DNA of 23,287 nt. It comes from Schaalia meyeri (lineage in GTDB: Bacteria; Actinomycetota; Actinomycetes; Actinomycetales; Actinomycetaceae). The stretch spans positions 1 to 23,287 of the forward strand of contig NZ_FNLK01000011.1 in assembly GCF_900105015.1 (NCBI RefSeq). Direction: 5' to 3'. Shown here piece by piece: positions 21,042 to 23,287 of this stretch (its first letter is position 1; each line of letters opens with the position of its first letter). The notes under the pieces are model-generated. The model was not told where the DNA came from and made no database searches. It worked only from the letters and a program-made list of their open reading frames with translations. Made by a program: the position numbers and the translations under genes.

Positions 21042-22001
21042 CTAGAAGCCGGCCGTCGCCAGGGCGCCGCGCGTGATCTGCACGCCCCTGGCAGCCACCC
21101 CGAGCTCAAGCACGCGCCACCCGGCTGCCGCGGCATCGCGGCGAATGTCCGCCCCCACCGGTTCGAGGGACAGGACCGTGGGACCCGCACCGGAGACGAC
21201 GGCGGCACAGTCGGCGCCGCGCAGCCACTTGACCAGGGACAGCGACGGCTCCATGGACGAGCGCCGATGTTCCTGGTGCAGTCGATCGCGCGTGGCTTCC
21301 ATCAGCAGGGAATGCATCTGCGCTCCCCCGCTCGCCCGAGCGTTTCCCGAGAGAAGTGCCGCAAGGAGGGATGCACGGGCGACGTTATATCGCGCATCGA
21401 CGTGGGGGACGGTCGCGGGCAGGGCAGCCCGTGCCTCCGCGGTATGCACCTCGAAATCGGGAATGAACGCGACCGGCGAAATGTCATCGGGCGGTGACAG
21501 TCGAACGGCTTCCGCCTGGGACGTCTCCTCGTTCGTCCACGCCACCGTCGCCCCGCCAAACACCGCGGGGGCCACGTTGTCCGGGTGTCCCTCCATCTGC
21601 GACCCTATTTGCAGGATGTCGTGGCGGCCGAGCACGCTCGGCTCGCCGATCAGCGCACGCGCGAGCGCCACGCCCGCAACGATCGCGCCCGCCGAGGACC
21701 CCAGGCCTCGCGAATGAGGGATGCGGTTCGCGCATCGCATCCGCACCCCAACCTGCGGGGCCCCCACGCGGTCGAGAGCGAGCCGAAGGGCGCGAACGAC
21801 GAGGTTGTCTTCCCCCCGCTCGACACTGTCGGCTCCTTCTCCCTCAACCTCGACGAACGTGGGGCCCGTTACCGCGTGGACGCACACCTCGTCCCACAGG
21901 TTGAGGGCGAGTCCCATACAGTCGAAGCCGGGTCCCAGGTTCGCGCTGGTCGCGGGCACCTTGACCGCGACAAAGTCATCACGCAGGCGCACGTCACTCA
22001 C
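21042..22001 (-). CDS. thrB: Homoserine kinase
   Basis: GHMP-kinase motifs VPATSANLGPGFDCMG and PHSRGLGSSAGAIVAG. 319 aa. The GTG start at 21999..22001 overlaps the end of hom by 8 nt (GTGAGTGA). Confidence 0.95.
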   Translation of the reverse strand: MSDVRLRDDFVAVKVPATSANLGPGFDCMGLALNLWDEVCVHAVTGPTFVEVEGEGADSVERGEDNLVVRALRLALDRVGAPQVGVRMRCANRIPHSRGLGSSAGAIVAGVALARALIGEPSVLGRHDILQIGSQMEGHPDNVAPAVFGGATVAWTNEETSQAEAVRLSPPDDISPVAFIPDFEVHTAEARAALPATVPHVDARYNVARASLLAALLSGNARASGGAQMHSLLMEATRDRLHQEHRRSSMEPSLSLVKWLRGADCAAVVSGAGPTVLSLEPVGADIRRDAAAAGWRVLELGVAARGVQITRGALATAGF

Positions 22002-23287
22002 CCTCGACGCGGATCGTTGAGGTCACTTCGCGCACGGCATCGGACGCGGCCAGCGCATCCACGACGGCGCGCAGATCCGCCTCGCGCGCCTCGTGGCTGG
22101 TGACGACGATGACGCACGCGCCGGGCGAGGAGTCGCCACGCTGGTGAACGGACTGGATCGACACCCCGTGGCGGGCAAAAATACCCGCGACATCGGAGAG
22201 GACGCCCAGGCGATCTTCCACCTGGAGGCGGATCTGGTAGCGCGTGCGCGTCGAACCCGGATCGAGGATCGGCAGGTGTGCGTACACGGATTCGCGCGGA
22301 GCGTGCCCCCCGAAGGCCCGGTGGTGTGCCGCCGCGACCAGATCCGACAGGACGGCCGAGGCCGTGGGAGCGCCACCGGCTCCCTGCCCGTAGAACATGA
22401 GGCGTCCAGCGGCCTCTCCCTCAACGAGGATCGCGTTGAAGGCGCCATCGACTAACGCCAGCGGGTGATCGGAGGGCACCTGGGCGGGGTGAACGCGCGC
22501 CACGACGCCCTCGCGTCCGTCCTCGCCGGTGCGCCGCTCGGCAATCGCCAGCAGCTTGATCGTGTGGCCGACGCGCGCGGCTTCCTCCATATCCTGCGCC
22601 GTCACGCCCGTGATGCCCTCGATCGCGACGTCGTTGATGCCCACGCGCGTGTGAAAAGCCAGTGAGGCCACGATCGAACACTTCGCGGCCGCATCCAGCC
22701 CTTCTACGTCCGCCGTCGGATCCGCCTCGGCGAAACCCAGCTCCTGCGCCTGCGCCAGCGCCTCCTCGTAGCCGAGGCCCTTCGCACTCATCGCATCCAG
22801 GATGAAGTTCGTTGTCCCGTTGACGATTCCCATCACGGTCGTGATGCGGTCGCCCGCCAGGGATTCGCGCAGGCCGTACACGACGGGAACGGCACCGGCC
22901 ACGGCCGCCTCGTAGTAGAGGTCGGCTTCGTTGTTAGCCGCGGCCTCGTAGAGTTCCGGCCCGTGAGTCGCCAGCAGGGCCTTGTTGCCGGTCACGACCG
23001 AGATGCCTCGGGTGAGGGCGCGCAGCACGAGCGTGCGAGCCGGCTCGATGCCGCCGATCAGCTCGACAACCAGGTCCATACCATCGATGGCCTCAGCCGG
23101 GTCCGTCGTCAGCAGCTCGCGAGCAATTGGCGCGTCCCGCGGAGCATTCACATCGCGAACGAGAACCCGACGAACTTCCATCTTCGCGCCCGATCGGGCG
23201 GCGAGTTCCTCGCGGCTCGACTGCAGAATACGAATGACCTGACTGCCGACGGTTCCAGCTCCAAGAACGCCGACTGCGAGGACGGGA
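21994..23287 (-). CDS. hom: Homoserine dehydrogenase (5' end beyond the window edge)
   Basis: The frame stays open upstream of the listed ATG (23181) to the window edge and reads PVLAVGVLGAGTVGSQVIRIL (Rossmann GxGxxG). The catalytic region NGTTNFILD and a C-terminal ACT-like domain (LQVEDRLGVLSDVAGIFARHGVSIQSV) are present. Confidence 0.93.
   Translation of the reverse strand, partial: PVLAVGVLGAGTVGSQVIRILQSSREELAARSGAKMEVRRVLVRDVNAPRDAPIARELLTTDPAEAIDGMDLVVELIGGIEPARTLVLRALTRGISVVTGNKALLATHGPELYEAAANNEADLYYEAAVAGAVPVVYGLRESLAGDRITTVMGIVNGTTNFILDAMSAKGLGYEEALAQAQELGFAEADPTADVEGLDAAAKCSIVASLAFHTRVGINDVAIEGITGVTAQDMEEAARVGHTIKLLAIAERRTGEDGREGVVARVHPAQVPSDHPLALVDGAFNAILVEGEAAGRLMFYGQGAGGAPTASAVLSDLVAAAHHRAFGGHAPRESVYAHLPILDPGSTRTRYQIRLQVEDRLGVLSDVAGIFARHGVSIQSVHQRGDSSPGACVIVVTSHEAREADLRAVVDALAASDAVREVTSTIRVEGE

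Noticed and set aside
21994-22001. Absence of thrC between hom and thrB, considered as a possible deletion
   Set aside because: A hom-thrB operon with thrC elsewhere is a known arrangement, for example in Corynebacterium. The 8-nt GTGAGTGA overlap indicates an intact native junction rather than a deletion scar.

Overview
This is a high-GC, actinobacterial-type chromosomal window, and it is almost entirely conserved housekeeping core. All 25 genes I can support lie on the minus strand. In transcription order they are: hom (5' end runs off the window), thrB, rho, rpmE, prfA, prmC, tsaC/sua5-like, wecA-like, a small AtpI-like membrane protein, atpB-E-F-H-A-G-D-C, a DUF2550-like gene, nucS, an AlkZ/YcaQ-family winged-helix glycosylase, nagA, a small Cys/His protein, an unknown two-TM membrane protein, an unknown lipoprotein, and a frameshifted CnoX/YbbN-type thioredoxin-TPR gene. 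This order matches the well-known actinobacterial thr-rho-rpmE-prfA-atp-nucS synteny. Many junctions are overlapping stop/start sites (ATGA, GTGA, TGATG, GTGAGTGA). Clear hairpin terminators occur only after rho, rpmE and the lipoprotein gene. I see no tRNA or rRNA genes, CRISPR arrays, transposases, integrases, toxin-antitoxin genes or defence-type genes. I therefore cannot honestly claim a new biological system here. The observations most worth a second look are: (1) a thioredoxin-TPR chaperone gene broken by about six single-base frameshifts while the other ~22 kb reads cleanly; (2) nucS coupled by an overlapping stop/start to an AlkZ-like (Q-x-Q motif) DNA glycosylase gene; (3) an ATP synthase whose epsilon subunit lacks the C-terminal domain and whose alpha subunit carries a ~33-residue C-terminal extension; (4) an uncharacterised membrane protein plus lipoprotein pair containing a 2 x 99 bp in-frame repeat; (5) structured or pyrimidine-rich leaders upstream of rho and rpmE. 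The long plus-strand ORFs are antisense shadow ORFs typical of GC-rich DNA.
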